Shown here: positions 41,806 through 52,918 of the stretch, in pieces
Layout of the letters: every line of letters begins with the position of its first letter
Position numbering within the stretch: position 1 is the first letter of the stretch
Origin: Andalucia godoyi And28
Taxonomy: Eukaryota > Protista > Jakobida
DNA length: 64,000 nucleotides
Direction of reading: 5' to 3'
Assembly (NCBI GenBank): GCA_009859145.1
Contig: VRVR01000009.1
Span: 359,763-423,762, forward strand
The notes under the pieces: model-generated
Told to the model about the DNA's origin: nothing
Database searches by the model: none
The model's input: the letters and a program-made list of their open reading frames with translations, nothing else
Position numbers and translations under genes: made by a program

Positions 41806-44800
41806 TTACCTAGGATCATTTTCCGACATCTCTATTCTACTCCTCAGCGCCTGGCCACCCATCACTGCAATGTCAGCGGATTGACTATGTAAGGTAGAAG
41901 AGTAATTTCGAATGCGATTGTTGCATATGTTCAACTTGCGATCAGCAGCAATATCATTGATCAAGACACTACTACTAGAATTGTACTCTATCACGCAACG
42001 GCGAAGAACACCATATCCACCAGGAGCACCAAACAGCACACCTGCATCATTATCGAAAACCTGACAATCTTCCATGACGAGAAATGGGCGACCTTCAGCA
42101 CAGACCTCATCCGCCTGAACGACAACTCCTTCTGCTTCATTTTTGTGAATTTTGCATCGTCTGAGAATCGTTGCACCGCAGCCAAGAAGAACACCAGAAT
42201 AACGAGGATTTGAACCACATCTCGTAATTTCGCAGTCTTCCATGGTCAATCGGCGCGCTCCTTGATAGATAAATGCAGATTGGTGACCACAATCACGAAA
42301 ATGACAATGCGTAAATGTGCCTTCCGACGCAGCTCCACGCAACTCTACAGCAGCAAAGCGAAAATTTTTGAACAAGCAATGTGTGGCCGTTGCATGGCTT
42401 CCTCCTTCAATGACAATACCAGCAGAGCAGAATTTCTTGAACTTGCAATTGTCTAAAGAAATGGTAGTCCCTAATCCCGTTGTTGCGATGCAGGGAGCAT
42501 CCGGATTGAAAAAACGACACCCCACAAAAGTGGCAGTTGCTCCGTCCCCCACGGAAACGCAATTCGACGGCATCCCGTTTCCTTGCCCACATGTGATCAG
42601 CAACTGGATATTTTGTACAACAACCTTGCAAGACGATCCAGTCACAGCCAAGATCATCGCATTTCCGATCCCGAGCCGCTTCATAAATGCAGCTGAACAA
42701 GCAATCGAAGCGACGGGATGCTGTTTTGCAAGACCATTCTTTGCAAGCTGGGAATAACAGGCTGTCGACGATTGCCCAAGTAACTGTACAACCACTGAAC
42801 CAATAACGATTGAAGGAAGAGGAATAGTCATCAATGCTGGGTTGATAGCATCATGAGCATCTCCGTTTTGCAAACCACCATGGAAATGAAGAAGTTCCTC
42901 ATACACTCCTTCCAGGAGGAGGACACTAATTCCAGAGCAACCCGGATGATCCGCGACCACAGTGGAAACTGCATCGACAATGGATACGAAATTAGCAATG
43001 TCATTTGCAGTTGGAGAGACGACAACAAAATTGTCTTTGAATAGAACATCTTCCCAACAGAACAATCCCCCGATTCGTTCCATTTTGACCCCGGGGGTTG
43101 TCGGTATGGGAGAATCCTTCGGGCATGTTTCAAGAATCTGAAGACGCAAAGCCGTGAAAGACTCCAGAGCACTACCACAACCACAGGCAATCCCCTTCTC
43201 GACGGCGACCAAAGCTTTCTGGGTGTTTTGCTTCCCCATCTCAGCCTGTGCCAGACGATAGTGACCTTTGATCGATGTAGGATCGAAACGTAGAGCAGCC
43301 AAGGCATCGCGTGAAGCCAATGTAAACATACCCAATCGAATGTACGCAAGCGATCGATTAGCGAGAATCATCGATGCGGTGGACGGATCTTCGATGTTTT
43401 GGGCATGCATCTTGCTGTACACTTGGATCGCGTTATTGAGATTACCGCTTTCAAACAGCAATTTCGCCAACGGCCGCATTGCTTCGATGAACGACAATGC
43501 CGGATCCAAACCTGGTGCACTTTGACTCTTTTTTGGAATACGAGCCCGAGAAATGTTTGTGAGGATTTCACATCGAGTCTTCGCCTCACAATCGCAAGGC
43601 GGGAAGCATTTTAGCATATTCCTCTCTAAAGCGAGCCCGCGTTGGAAGCATGCTTCACCACGAAGAAAAGATGTTGAAACATCTGAATGTTTGCTACTTA
43701 ACTCGAGGAGAGCTAGTCGATACAATGCTTCACAATACTTGCGACCCTCTGGAGCTGCAAGATCGAGAAACTGTTGAAGGCGAGTCCTCTGGAACTCAAC
43801 ATCGGAAACACGAATATTCGAGCACGCGACAGCACACCAATAATGGAACATGGGTTCCTCTGGAGCGATTTGTGATGCCTTTGCGTACGCATCTAAACAA
43901 GCTTGAAAATCTCCCTGATTGCCGCAGACACTTCCCATCATGTGCCAACATCCGTATGCATCCCGAGGATTGACGGCAATTCCACGCTTGCAATGCTCAA
44001 TCGCTTCCTTGCAACGCATCGTATTGAACGCAATCGATGCCAATAATAGCATTGCATCAACATTCCTGGTGTCTGACAAAAGGACAAGACTCGCGGCATT
44101 GGTGTACCGCGATATGTCACCGTTGCTTGTAGTGTAACAACCCGAAAAAGGATCTCCATCAGAAACCGATGAACGCAGTGAAAATGCAAAGAGTCTTGTT
44201 GCTTCACTGACGTTATCAGCAAACAATGCCATTTCTCCCTGAATCCATGTCGTGCGAGTTCGTAGCATTCGCCCCGCAACAGTGGATCCTTGTTCTGCCC
44301 ACACAGACAAGTCTCGTAAAACCTCAGGACGAAAGCTTTGAGGTAGTTGCCGGGGCAGTTCGTCCTCCTTCTTGTCGTCATCGGGGGTGACAGACACGTA
44401 CTTGAACCATGCATGTCCAGGCTTTGCAACGATTTGCAATAGTCCAACGTACCTCTCAATGCACTTGGTCTGAGAAGAGTGCTGGGTAGAACTAGATGCC
44501 TCACTGCTTCCGTCCTTCATTGCATCTTGACCACCAAAACCTTCAAGACCGGATCGAAATGCATAAGGATACATTTGACGATGTTTCAAGGAATGCTGAG
44601 CGTCCAACAGCCATTCGGGAATCGGTCCAGCAGGTGAGGAAAAAGTGTCCAATGCTTGAAGCAACAGCCACGATTGTATGTCCCGGGGAGTCCGAAACCC
44701 TTTGCCCAAAACGATTCGCGAAATAACAAACAGTCGCAAAATGCTTCGGAAATACAGTTGCAATTGCTTCCGAACTGTTTTCCACCACTTTTCACGCATC

Positions 44801-45441
44801 CATTCCGAATTTTCATCCACGGTCACCTGCAAAATGTCAACAGCAATCCGCATGCACTGGGCGGTAGAGGGTGCTTCATTTCGCTGTTGATGAAAGAAGA
44901 AGACCCTTTCCACAAGCGATTCCAGAAACATCCCCGGAACTTTCTCGTGCTCAAACTGGCGAGACACGAATTTCAAGACTCGCACAGCAGATTGTGCAAC
45001 AGGAAACTTGTCCAACGAAGTGGAAGCCAGCGGACGCTCTCCATACTCAACAGTATTTCCGAAGACAACATCGTAATCGACAGCAGCCTTGATGTGAATC
45101 GCAAGTTTTCCAAGCTTGACGTGATGCGGATGAAAACACGGATGCTCTTGGAGGCGCTCCACGAAACGCTCCCTCTCTTGCAAAGTGACTGGCTTGGGTG
45201 TAGACACATATACGTCGACATCACTGGAATGCACAGTTGTCCCTTTCTTGGCACTCCCTTGAATATCTGCCGAACTTTGAGGACCAAACATGGAAACTGC
45301 AAGATCGTGAAACACTTTGACATGGGCTTTCACGAGGCCGGCAGCAAAACCAGTGACCATGCACGAGTTGGCCATGTCTGAAAGGAATGCATCGAAAATG
45401 ATGGATTCCTCTGGATGCACGTAGTCCGACAATCTGATCAT
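41806..45441 (-). CDS. OAS/SMODS-like nucleotidyltransferase - TPR repeats - right-handed beta-helix fusion (about 1211 aa)
   Basis: NTase motifs are IQGSAKKGTTVHSSDVDVYV, VDYDVV and AVRVLKFV...PGMFLE. TPRs include LANRSLAYIRLGMFTLASRDALAALRFDPTSIKGHYRLAQA. C-terminal pectin-lyase/NosD-like repeats include GIVIEGGSHATATHCLF and GVLLGCGATILRRCKIHKN. Confidence 0.85.
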   Translation of the reverse strand: MIRLSDYVHPEESIIFDAFLSDMANSCMVTGFAAGLVKAHVKVFHDLAVSMFGPQSSADIQGSAKKGTTVHSSDVDVYVSTPKPVTLQERERFVERLQEHPCFHPHHVKLGKLAIHIKAAVDYDVVFGNTVEYGERPLASTSLDKFPVAQSAVRVLKFVSRQFEHEKVPGMFLESLVERVFFFHQQRNEAPSTAQCMRIAVDILQVTVDENSEWMREKWWKTVRKQLQLYFRSILRLFVISRIVLGKGFRTPRDIQSWLLLQALDTFSSPAGPIPEWLLDAQHSLKHRQMYPYAFRSGLEGFGGQDAMKDGSSEASSSTQHSSQTKCIERYVGLLQIVAKPGHAWFKYVSVTPDDDKKEDELPRQLPQSFRPEVLRDLSVWAEQGSTVAGRMLRTRTTWIQGEMALFADNVSEATRLFAFSLRSSVSDGDPFSGCYTTSNGDISRYTNAASLVLLSDTRNVDAMLLLASIAFNTMRCKEAIEHCKRGIAVNPRDAYGCWHMMGSVCGNQGDFQACLDAYAKASQIAPEEPMFHYWCAVACSNIRVSDVEFQRTRLQQFLDLAAPEGRKYCEALYRLALLELSSKHSDVSTSFLRGEACFQRGLALERNMLKCFPPCDCEAKTRCEILTNISRARIPKKSQSAPGLDPALSFIEAMRPLAKLLFESGNLNNAIQVYSKMHAQNIEDPSTASMILANRSLAYIRLGMFTLASRDALAALRFDPTSIKGHYRLAQAEMGKQNTQKALVAVEKGIACGCGSALESFTALRLQILETCPKDSPIPTTPGVKMERIGGLFCWEDVLFKDNFVVVSPTANDIANFVSIVDAVSTVVADHPGCSGISVLLLEGVYEELLHFHGGLQNGDAHDAINPALMTIPLPSIVIGSVVVQLLGQSSTACYSQLAKNGLAKQHPVASIACSAAFMKRLGIGNAMILAVTGSSCKVVVQNIQLLITCGQGNGMPSNCVSVGDGATATFVGCRFFNPDAPCIATTGLGTTISLDNCKFKKFCSAGIVIEGGSHATATHCLFKNFRFAAVELRGAASEGTFTHCHFRDCGHQSAFIYQGARRLTMEDCEITRCGSNPRYSGVLLGCGATILRRCKIHKNEAEGVVVQADEVCAEGRPFLVMEDCQVFDNDAGVLFGAPGGYGVLRRCVIEYNSSSSVLINDIAADRKLNICNNRIRNYSSTLHSQSADIAVMGGQALRSRIEMSENDPR

Positions 45442-45631
45442 TTTGCAATAGTTTGCCAAACTAATAGTAGGTGAGAAAAAGAAAATGCGAAGTCGAGGAT
45501 TCTGTCGGAGGATCTCTATGAATTGACCCACATGCACATTGAGCACCGCAACGATCCTCGTGGGTACGACAGGCACACATAAAGATTGTCGACTTGTCGT
45601 TTGACTGCCGATGTTTGGACTTTTTATTGAA

Positions 45632-46468
45632 CTAAGGACGAGCGGCACGGTTCTTCAGGATTGATTGACGAACTTCTTCTGCATGCGAGAGACTGTCGGT
45701 GTCAGGCAGCGGATGTGTGGCATTTCGAGCCACTGCCAGACAGTTTTCAAGGTCGTTCTTGGAAAGACTGTTGTTGCAAAAATCCAGAAGCAAAGAGTTC
45801 CATGATTCTTCGAGATTGCTCGCACGTCGAAGATAATAGTATCGCGCACGCAAGATCTCATTCTGGAATCGCAGAAATGGAGAAATAAGCAGAGGTGGAA
45901 AAACGGAAGAGACGGAAACGAGGAGCGATGGAGCAAAAAAGATCCCTGTAGCTGAAGCAATTCCAGCCACTCCAGACGCGATCACGATATAAACCTCCAA
46001 GTCTCTTTGAAGAGCCTTTGCTTGTTCGAAGAGAGCGCCTTTGGATTCTTGCAAGTCGTTGTCAAATCCCTTGAATTGTGAATGGAGGTTCTTCTTCCAC
46101 TCTGACCATTGGGACACCATCAATTTCTTACTGTCTGCCTTTTCTTTTTGAAACTCGGTCACATCCTGGAAAACGTTCCTGCCGCCGTGGAGTCGTTTGT
46201 AATAGGATGCATCAGAGACATAGTCACGCGCCAGATTGCATTTGGTCTGCATCATCTCCTTGAGAGAAGCGATCACGTCGTCTCCATAAGCAACGTGCTC
46301 CGAGTTGCGCATTTCAGAATCCAACGAGTCAAACTTGTTGAGAAGTTGCCTGTACAAACGACTAGCATCAGAGTGTTCTTTTTGCCAAGCTTCGAGATAA
46401 TCAGATAACTGAATAGTGCTAATCGTAGAAGTGACAAGCGTTGACAACGCAGCAGTAGCTCTCAACAT
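45632..46468 (-). CDS. Helical/coiled-coil protein with a central hydrophobic hairpin (about 278 aa)
   Basis: Charged amphipathic helices flank VYIVIASGVAGIASATGIFFAPSLLVSVSSVFPPLLISPFL. The likely start is MLRATAA at 46468, and AATAAA follows the stop. Confidence 0.7.
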   Translation of the reverse strand: MLRATAALSTLVTSTISTIQLSDYLEAWQKEHSDASRLYRQLLNKFDSLDSEMRNSEHVAYGDDVIASLKEMMQTKCNLARDYVSDASYYKRLHGGRNVFQDVTEFQKEKADSKKLMVSQWSEWKKNLHSQFKGFDNDLQESKGALFEQAKALQRDLEVYIVIASGVAGIASATGIFFAPSLLVSVSSVFPPLLISPFLRFQNEILRARYYYLRRASNLEESWNSLLLDFCNNSLSKNDLENCLAVARNATHPLPDTDSLSHAEEVRQSILKNRAARP

Positions 46469-46736
46469 CTTGCTCGACGAGAACCGAAACGTCAACGTTT
46501 GCAAGCACACAGTGAAACCAGCTGAAATACATAAACCAGACAACGTAATCTTTTGGATTTTGGAAATAAAATCGCGTTCTGATTCGTGGCATTCGCACGC
46601 AATCAGCGTACCTCGGCGTTGATTCCAATACAAGGATCTCAAGGAAGGTCTGGTTGGATCGTGAACACGTCAGAATCAGAGTCTGGAAATCAAAGAGCTC
46701 GTGATGGAAGAGCATACCCGTCCCACTTTTTTGGTT

Positions 46737-48071
46737 CTACCGCGTGGTCGCCCGCAGATGGCGCAACAGAAAATAAAGACGTGAAAAGACCCATGCTGAA
46801 ACGGCTCTCAGATGATGTATGAATGAAGGAAAGGAGAAAGAAGGACAAGGAAGCCAAAACATAGTAGAAATGTCAAGTATGGGATTCTGCACCTGCACGA
46901 TTTTGCAGAAGATCGAGAATTTTACGTGTACAGCAGGCGAACTAATAAAGTTCAAAAAAAAAATAAAATCCCTCAACAACAGACATGAAGTCCCATATCG
47001 AAAGGCCGAAAGAATATCTGCAATATCTGCCGCCAAACGATAACGAGCAGCAAGCCGCTGTCGTTCATGCTGTGTACGTAAAGGCACCTGCGGCTTAAAC
47101 TTGGCAAACATATCTACTTGCTGATCATATGGATCGGCCAAACAGGAATAGGAAGCACATTTGAACAAACAAAGGAGGGTACGAATGAGCACTCTTTCGT
47201 ACAGATAGCTCTTGTCGGCAAGAGGAAAGTCGGCAATGGATGCCAACACTGCTTGCTTGATGGAAAATGAAGAAACTTGCCTCCAAAACGCACGTTTCTG
47301 CACATTTCGCAGATGCTTCACGGTACGAATCACGTCGTGAAAAGCAGGGAACGACTGTCAAAAGGAAGACCATAAGATTCGATGATAAGGTTAGGCAAAA
47401 ACAGCAAAGAGACATACGTTGACAGCAACGACGGTGGAACGATGCTCATCATCAAGATGACAATCGTCCCATGCACTGTCGTTTTTGCGTGAAGGAACTT
47501 TCCATTTCCCATCCTTCACAATTGCGGGCAGCAAGTCGTACTCGAATCCTTCCGTGTTCTCGACTTCGACGGAGACGCGGTTTCGGATCGCGCTGCGAAT
47601 TCCATCCTGCTCACGGACAAATGATGCAAACTGCTTCAATACGGTGCGGGAAGCCGGTTCTGGAGCAGAAGACTCCAACATGATACGACAGAGTAGATCC
47701 ACATCCGATCCAGAGGGGACGTCCAGGCCCTGAATCGAACTGCCGGCTAGCTTGATCCCTCCCGTCAACTTATAATTCTTCTGAAGAAACTTTTTTGTCA
47801 AATTGCGCTCTGCAACAGGACGACTGGGAGAAAGAATGCGTCTCATGCGGTCTACGAGCTCGCTACGTGCTTGCTGTTGCTCGGGTCCCAGGCGAAGACG
47901 ACTCGACACAGGCTTCAGACGCTCTCGAAGAGACTTCAAAACATCGATTGACACTGAATTTTGAAAGTCGTCAGCAAACATTCGACACTTTGCTAGGAAT
48001 TCATCCACATGAGCTTCCACATTCTGGAAATCGTTCGCAAACCGGCGACACTCCTCTGAAAATGGCACCAT
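46737..48071 (-). CDS. Stand-alone OAS/SMODS (CD-NTase-like) nucleotidyltransferase; 2 exons (48071-47418, 47354-46737)
   Basis: IKLAGSSIQGLDVPSGSDVDLL and EYDLLPA, then after splicing FHDVIRTVKHL...VSSFSIK...LADPYD (OAS-type C-lobe). About 423 aa; the 3-prime end is uncertain because of a T-rich tail. Confidence 0.8.
47355..47417 (-). other. Spliceosomal intron (63 nt, in frame, contains two stops)
   Basis: GTATGT donor, CCTAAC branch point and TTTTGACAG acceptor. Removing it joins ORFs 47391-48101 and 46737-47333. Confidence 0.85.
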
Positions 48072-48267
48072 TTTGTGACGTTGCGATATAGAGGGAAGCA
48101 AAACGCCGAAGTCTTTGTTTTAGGTCAGAAGAATTTCCGTCAACCTGGCTGCTCTCTCTGCTTTGGACTCTCGGTGATTCGGATCCCGGGATCCTTTCGC
48201 TACACCAGGTTCTCCGATGGAATTGAGCTGCTGTGGACAGAGCTTTCATTTCTTACAAACATCACGT

Positions 48268-51200
48268 TTATTGTGACATATAGCGACTCTTGCATCTCTT
48301 GAAGAGGTCCAGCGCATTAGAAGGTGAAAGAGCTATCCAAGAGTCTAACAGCTCAATGTACGCCTCCTTGGTAGACCGATTTTCTTCTTCTCGAAGACGA
48401 CGCAGCACATCTGAATCGGGATCATTGGGAGCTGGAAACCTCGCGGCAGTACCCGTCCTTTGGAGAGAGGCAAGGATGACGCGAAGACATCCCTGAAACA
48501 GCTCCATGAACGTCTTTGAATTCCAAGCTTCAGCGAGGATATTGGATGAAAAGGCTATTGCTGCTTGCTCGAACGCACATGAGGGTATCTGAAGGTTCAA
48601 ATGATGTGCCTCCATTTTGTTCACCAGCTTCAAAACCTTGATGACATCACAAAAACCTTTGTAAAACTTATTTAGTTCCTCAATCTCTCTGCGAGCGGAA
48701 ATATTCCGCGACGTTTTGAATTTTCCCTCTTTCCCATCGAGAAGGAGGAACATACCAGTCGAGGTCTGCAAAGCGGGTAGCACATCCACTTGCGCAACGT
48801 CGGAGTTGTGTGGATCTCGAAGTGACACCGAGAATCGAATCTTGCCGTCTCTACGACAACTTTCCAAAACAACCATTTCACTACCTTCAGATTGCTCCTG
48901 AAGGACATTACGCAATGCATGAGCAACAATGTTTCCGAGCAGTATTACTTCCGCCAGCTGCACGGGTTTGTTAGCTGGATGAGGCCATGTTGCACTCATT
49001 AAGGAGGCATTGTACTCAACACGTGCGGCGAGATCCGAGTTCAAAATCACCACCATATCCATATCAGGATCGAAGAGAGCCGTTTGATTTCCGATACTAC
49101 CACACAATTCGCTTTTCGGCACCAAGTTCAAAGAAGGTAATTCGTTGGAACGTGCTTGGAATAGAGTGGCCCAAGTAGAGCAAATCGCAGTACTTAACGA
49201 TTCGAAGAACCTGTTGAAACGACGAAGCCGACTGTTTAGAAGGCTCTCGTCTGACTTGAGTTGAGACGCAAAGTTCCACAAGTCGATATCCTCTCTGGTT
49301 TTTCCCAGACGAATGGAACTGAGCAGATTTTGTATTGCATTCGAACTCTCTTGCAGAAAACGTGACGCATGCTCCCGTGGATTAGCATCTTGTAGGAACG
49401 CCTTTGACCGAATAGAAATGTGTTCTGAACCAATGTCATTCGGTGAGCCTCCAGAAAATGGAGTTGTGTCTCCAGAAGGTGCGGAGTTTGGACGCAAGGA
49501 ACGCTCTGTCCTCTGAGCATGACCACCGCCAAACATTGAAGTAGGCTCATATACACCGTCAACCAGCACCACTTCCTCACACGACAGCACAGATTTCGAC
49601 ATCGGATCCTGTTTCAGAAAAGCGTCCAAAAGCTCAACGAAATCCGGTACTTCCGTCGCATGAGGGTCAGACAGGATATCAAAATGGAAAATGGACGAGA
49701 CTCCTTCCTCACGATCCAGCCGAATTCTGCATTGCACAGAGCTGCTAGAATAGCCCACTATCACGTCCAGACCGAATGCCGGGGGATGGCCACGGGAAAA
49801 CAAAGGAAACAATAAAGAATGAGTTCCCAAGTACGTTATGAACCGCCAGAAATGCAGATCCGTCACAACACCGTCAAACATTCCAGTCAAGACTCCATCC
49901 CCAACACATCGAACTGAAAGCGAAACCGGAGCAGCCGCAGCAGAGTTGGAGCATATCGACTTCCAGCGAGTGTCAAGAGTATCCTGAGCATGCGAGTGCA
50001 GATCGCAATGACGGTACCACTGAGGGAAAAATACAAGTTTGGATTCTTGGTCCATTGGAACCACAACGCCAAGCGTGACCAACATCCCAATAACCTGTTC
50101 CGCAACTAACCTGTGAGAATCAGCAGGGCAAAACTTGTTGGTCCGAAGATGCTCTTCCAGATTGGTTTTCGCAATTTCAAACTGAACAATACCCGCATTC
50201 TCCAACAAATCCTTGTAGACAACACTCTTGCTATGACCAACATGCTGCAGTCCGCCTTTTCCATCGGTTGGTGGAATTAGTTGAGCACACGTACGGATGA
50301 AGACATCGGGTCGCAACACGATCATGTGTCCATCCGACGAACATGCAAAGAAACATCCGAGCGCGACTAGATCATCAAAACAGCTCTTCACCTCGGCATT
50401 GGTCTTGCACACACTGGCAATGCCAGGAATTCGATCGCGAATGCTGTCTACTGCGAGAATTACATCTTTGCAATCCCTGCACATCTGCTCGAGAACAAGG
50501 TTCCGCAGAAGAACCTTTGGCAATCGACGATGAAAGTCTTCAATCGTTTTCGAGAGCCACTCCATCATTGGCTTCTGACCGTTCTTCCGCTGACGCCTGT
50601 CGTTTTCCACAACGATAAACCATCGATCATTTGAAAATTGTCGAATTTCAAAGAATGCATTGAACTGAGGTTTCTTGAGAACCTTTCCCAAACACGCATT
50701 GCAGGCATCCAGAAACGTCTTCTGCCAGTTCCATTCTCGGGACGAAAGAGAACAACGAACCTTTTCCCACCAAAAAGTAGCATACGAGTTACCATGCGTG
50801 CCGATGAGAACCACCTTCGACATCAATTTCTGTTCCTTGGAAGCATGGCACGCACCAAGATTGGCAATGATGCGCAGCCACGAAATGATATTACTCTCGA
50901 TTGCCTTCTCCAGTGTCCCGGTTTGATGGGCAACATAAAGATCGCGTAGGCTAAACACACAAAAGTACAGAGATTGCTTGCCGAAGAAGAGCGGATCAAA
51001 CACGCGAAATACGTTCTGACCGGCGAAATCAAGAACGCTCACTGATAGCGTGTCTCCATCCAGATCTGTCAATACTCGAGCGGTGACGTCGATGCGTTCG
51101 CGAGCAGTGACTTTTTCGCGAGCAACATTCGGCGATGGTTGCCAGGAGGAGGGAGTGACGATCGATTCAGCGACATCCTCAACCTCACCTTCTGCATCAG

Positions 51201-52680
51201 CAACTTGCGGTGAAGCTGGCGAGATCACAGGTAATTCCACTGTACTCGGTTGCAGGGTGGAGGAACCATCAGTATTTCGAAGTGGCGACCTCAACTCTTG
51301 TATCTGCTCTGCGACATATCGATTCATCAGCCGTGACAGCAACGTTGTTTGCTTACCCTCTGTTGAATCTGTCCACACATGTTTTCGTATGGATATCTCG
51401 AGCGTTCGCACATCACCAACTTCCGTGGATTTCTCCGTGGGATCAAACAGTGTTCCACCAGATGACAGATTCTTGATCAGACTCGTCTTTCCCACTCGTG
51501 CATCTCCAACGACCAGCAGACGCACGCGCGATGATCGAGTCCAAACATGGTCCTCAATGTCGATCTCGGAAACATCAATCCGCACTTCCCTTGTACTAGG
51601 AATGGGAAATGCCAGCGGACGCGATGCATCAACGTCATCCAGTAGAGATCCATTCGACAACACATTGGTTTCTGCTTCCACGGAATGCACAACATTGTTG
51701 CGCACGAGATACCCGGCAGACGACAGCTTAATATCGAACCCGGATTCGGACGACATGGAAGACACTGCGCGGCAACGAGCACTCACACCACAATCAGCTG
51801 CAGAAATGAGATGCATGATTTCTGTTGATTTTTCAACATTGCCTCCAATTGCAAGAATGCGATTGTCAATGCACACCGCTGCTCCATACGATTGTAAGAC
51901 ATTCAAATCTGGACCAGGAAATCACTTGTTCATTCGAGGCTCGTAAATCTCGACGTTCCTACGCCCATTTCCTCCAATGGTATAGATTAAACCATGGACA
52001 ATCACTGCAGAATGTCCAGACCGACGCATACTCATCGACGCCACAAACGACCACTTTCCCTCTCGAAGATCCACCCTCTCAACACTGGAGAGCCCAACAA
52101 CAACCGAGTATCCACCAATCGCATAAATGCATTCGTGCATGTGATCAGCCACAGATGCAAACTGCTTACGACCCACATTCATGGAATTCAATTCGAGTTC
52201 CCATTGGCTGTTCTGCGGATGGAACGTCTCAACAGAAAAGCGGTTGTCCGGCAAGGAATTCCCGCCAAGAACGTAGATGCGTCCATTCAAGGATACTGCA
52301 CAATGGCTGGTACGAAAAACCCGCAATTTGGGACCAAGGAGTCTCCACTGTCCATCGGCACCATCTTCAAGACGGTACACATCTTTTCCTCCAACACAGA
52401 AAATGGCGCCATTGAGTTCAACGGCCGTCCAGGAGTGAGGAAAATTATCATTCAGAGACGGATCTCTCGTCCACCTCCATACCGAAACATCGCTCGACGT
52501 GGTCGTATCGAGGATCTCGACTTGACCACCATTGCCGATCGCATAAACACGACCATTTGGTTTCACAACTGCAGACCAGTAAGTTTGAATCGTCTGTAAA
52601 CGTGGCCCAGGCATCCAAACTCCATGGGATTCATCTCGTCGATTCACTTCTTTCCACAGCTGCACCAAATTCTCAGTCAT
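48268..52680 (-). CDS. Kelch - Roc GTPase - COR - OAS/SMODS-like nucleotidyltransferase fusion (1470 codons) interrupted by one TGA at 51922-51924
   Basis: The two ORFs are in frame: VEIYEPRMNK*FPGPDLNVLQSYGAAVCIDNRILAIGG. Roc motifs are VVGDARVGKTSL, EKSTEVG, VLDFAGQ and VLIGTH; COR-like motifs are VLRPDVF and FFPQWY; NTase motifs are CGSIGNQTALFDPDMDMVV, VDVLPA, VIKVLKLVN, IPSCAFE and APNDP. Confidence 0.85.
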
Positions 52681-52918
52681 TGCACTGTACGCGGGTCAAG
52701 AGCGCACTGCTCCAGCACCAGAAATCACCGCCAATCCGAATCGTTGAGAGAAGTATCGATCCTCAAAGCGAGAGGATCAAATCCCTCTATTGTCGTGTAA
52801 ATAATATGACTACAAGCTCACGAATCAGAGCGAATATCGCTTTCCAACAAGGAGATGAGGGCTCTGGTCATTCTCCAGAAAAGAAGCTGAAAATGCCAAG
52901 AGGGAAACCTCAAAGAGC

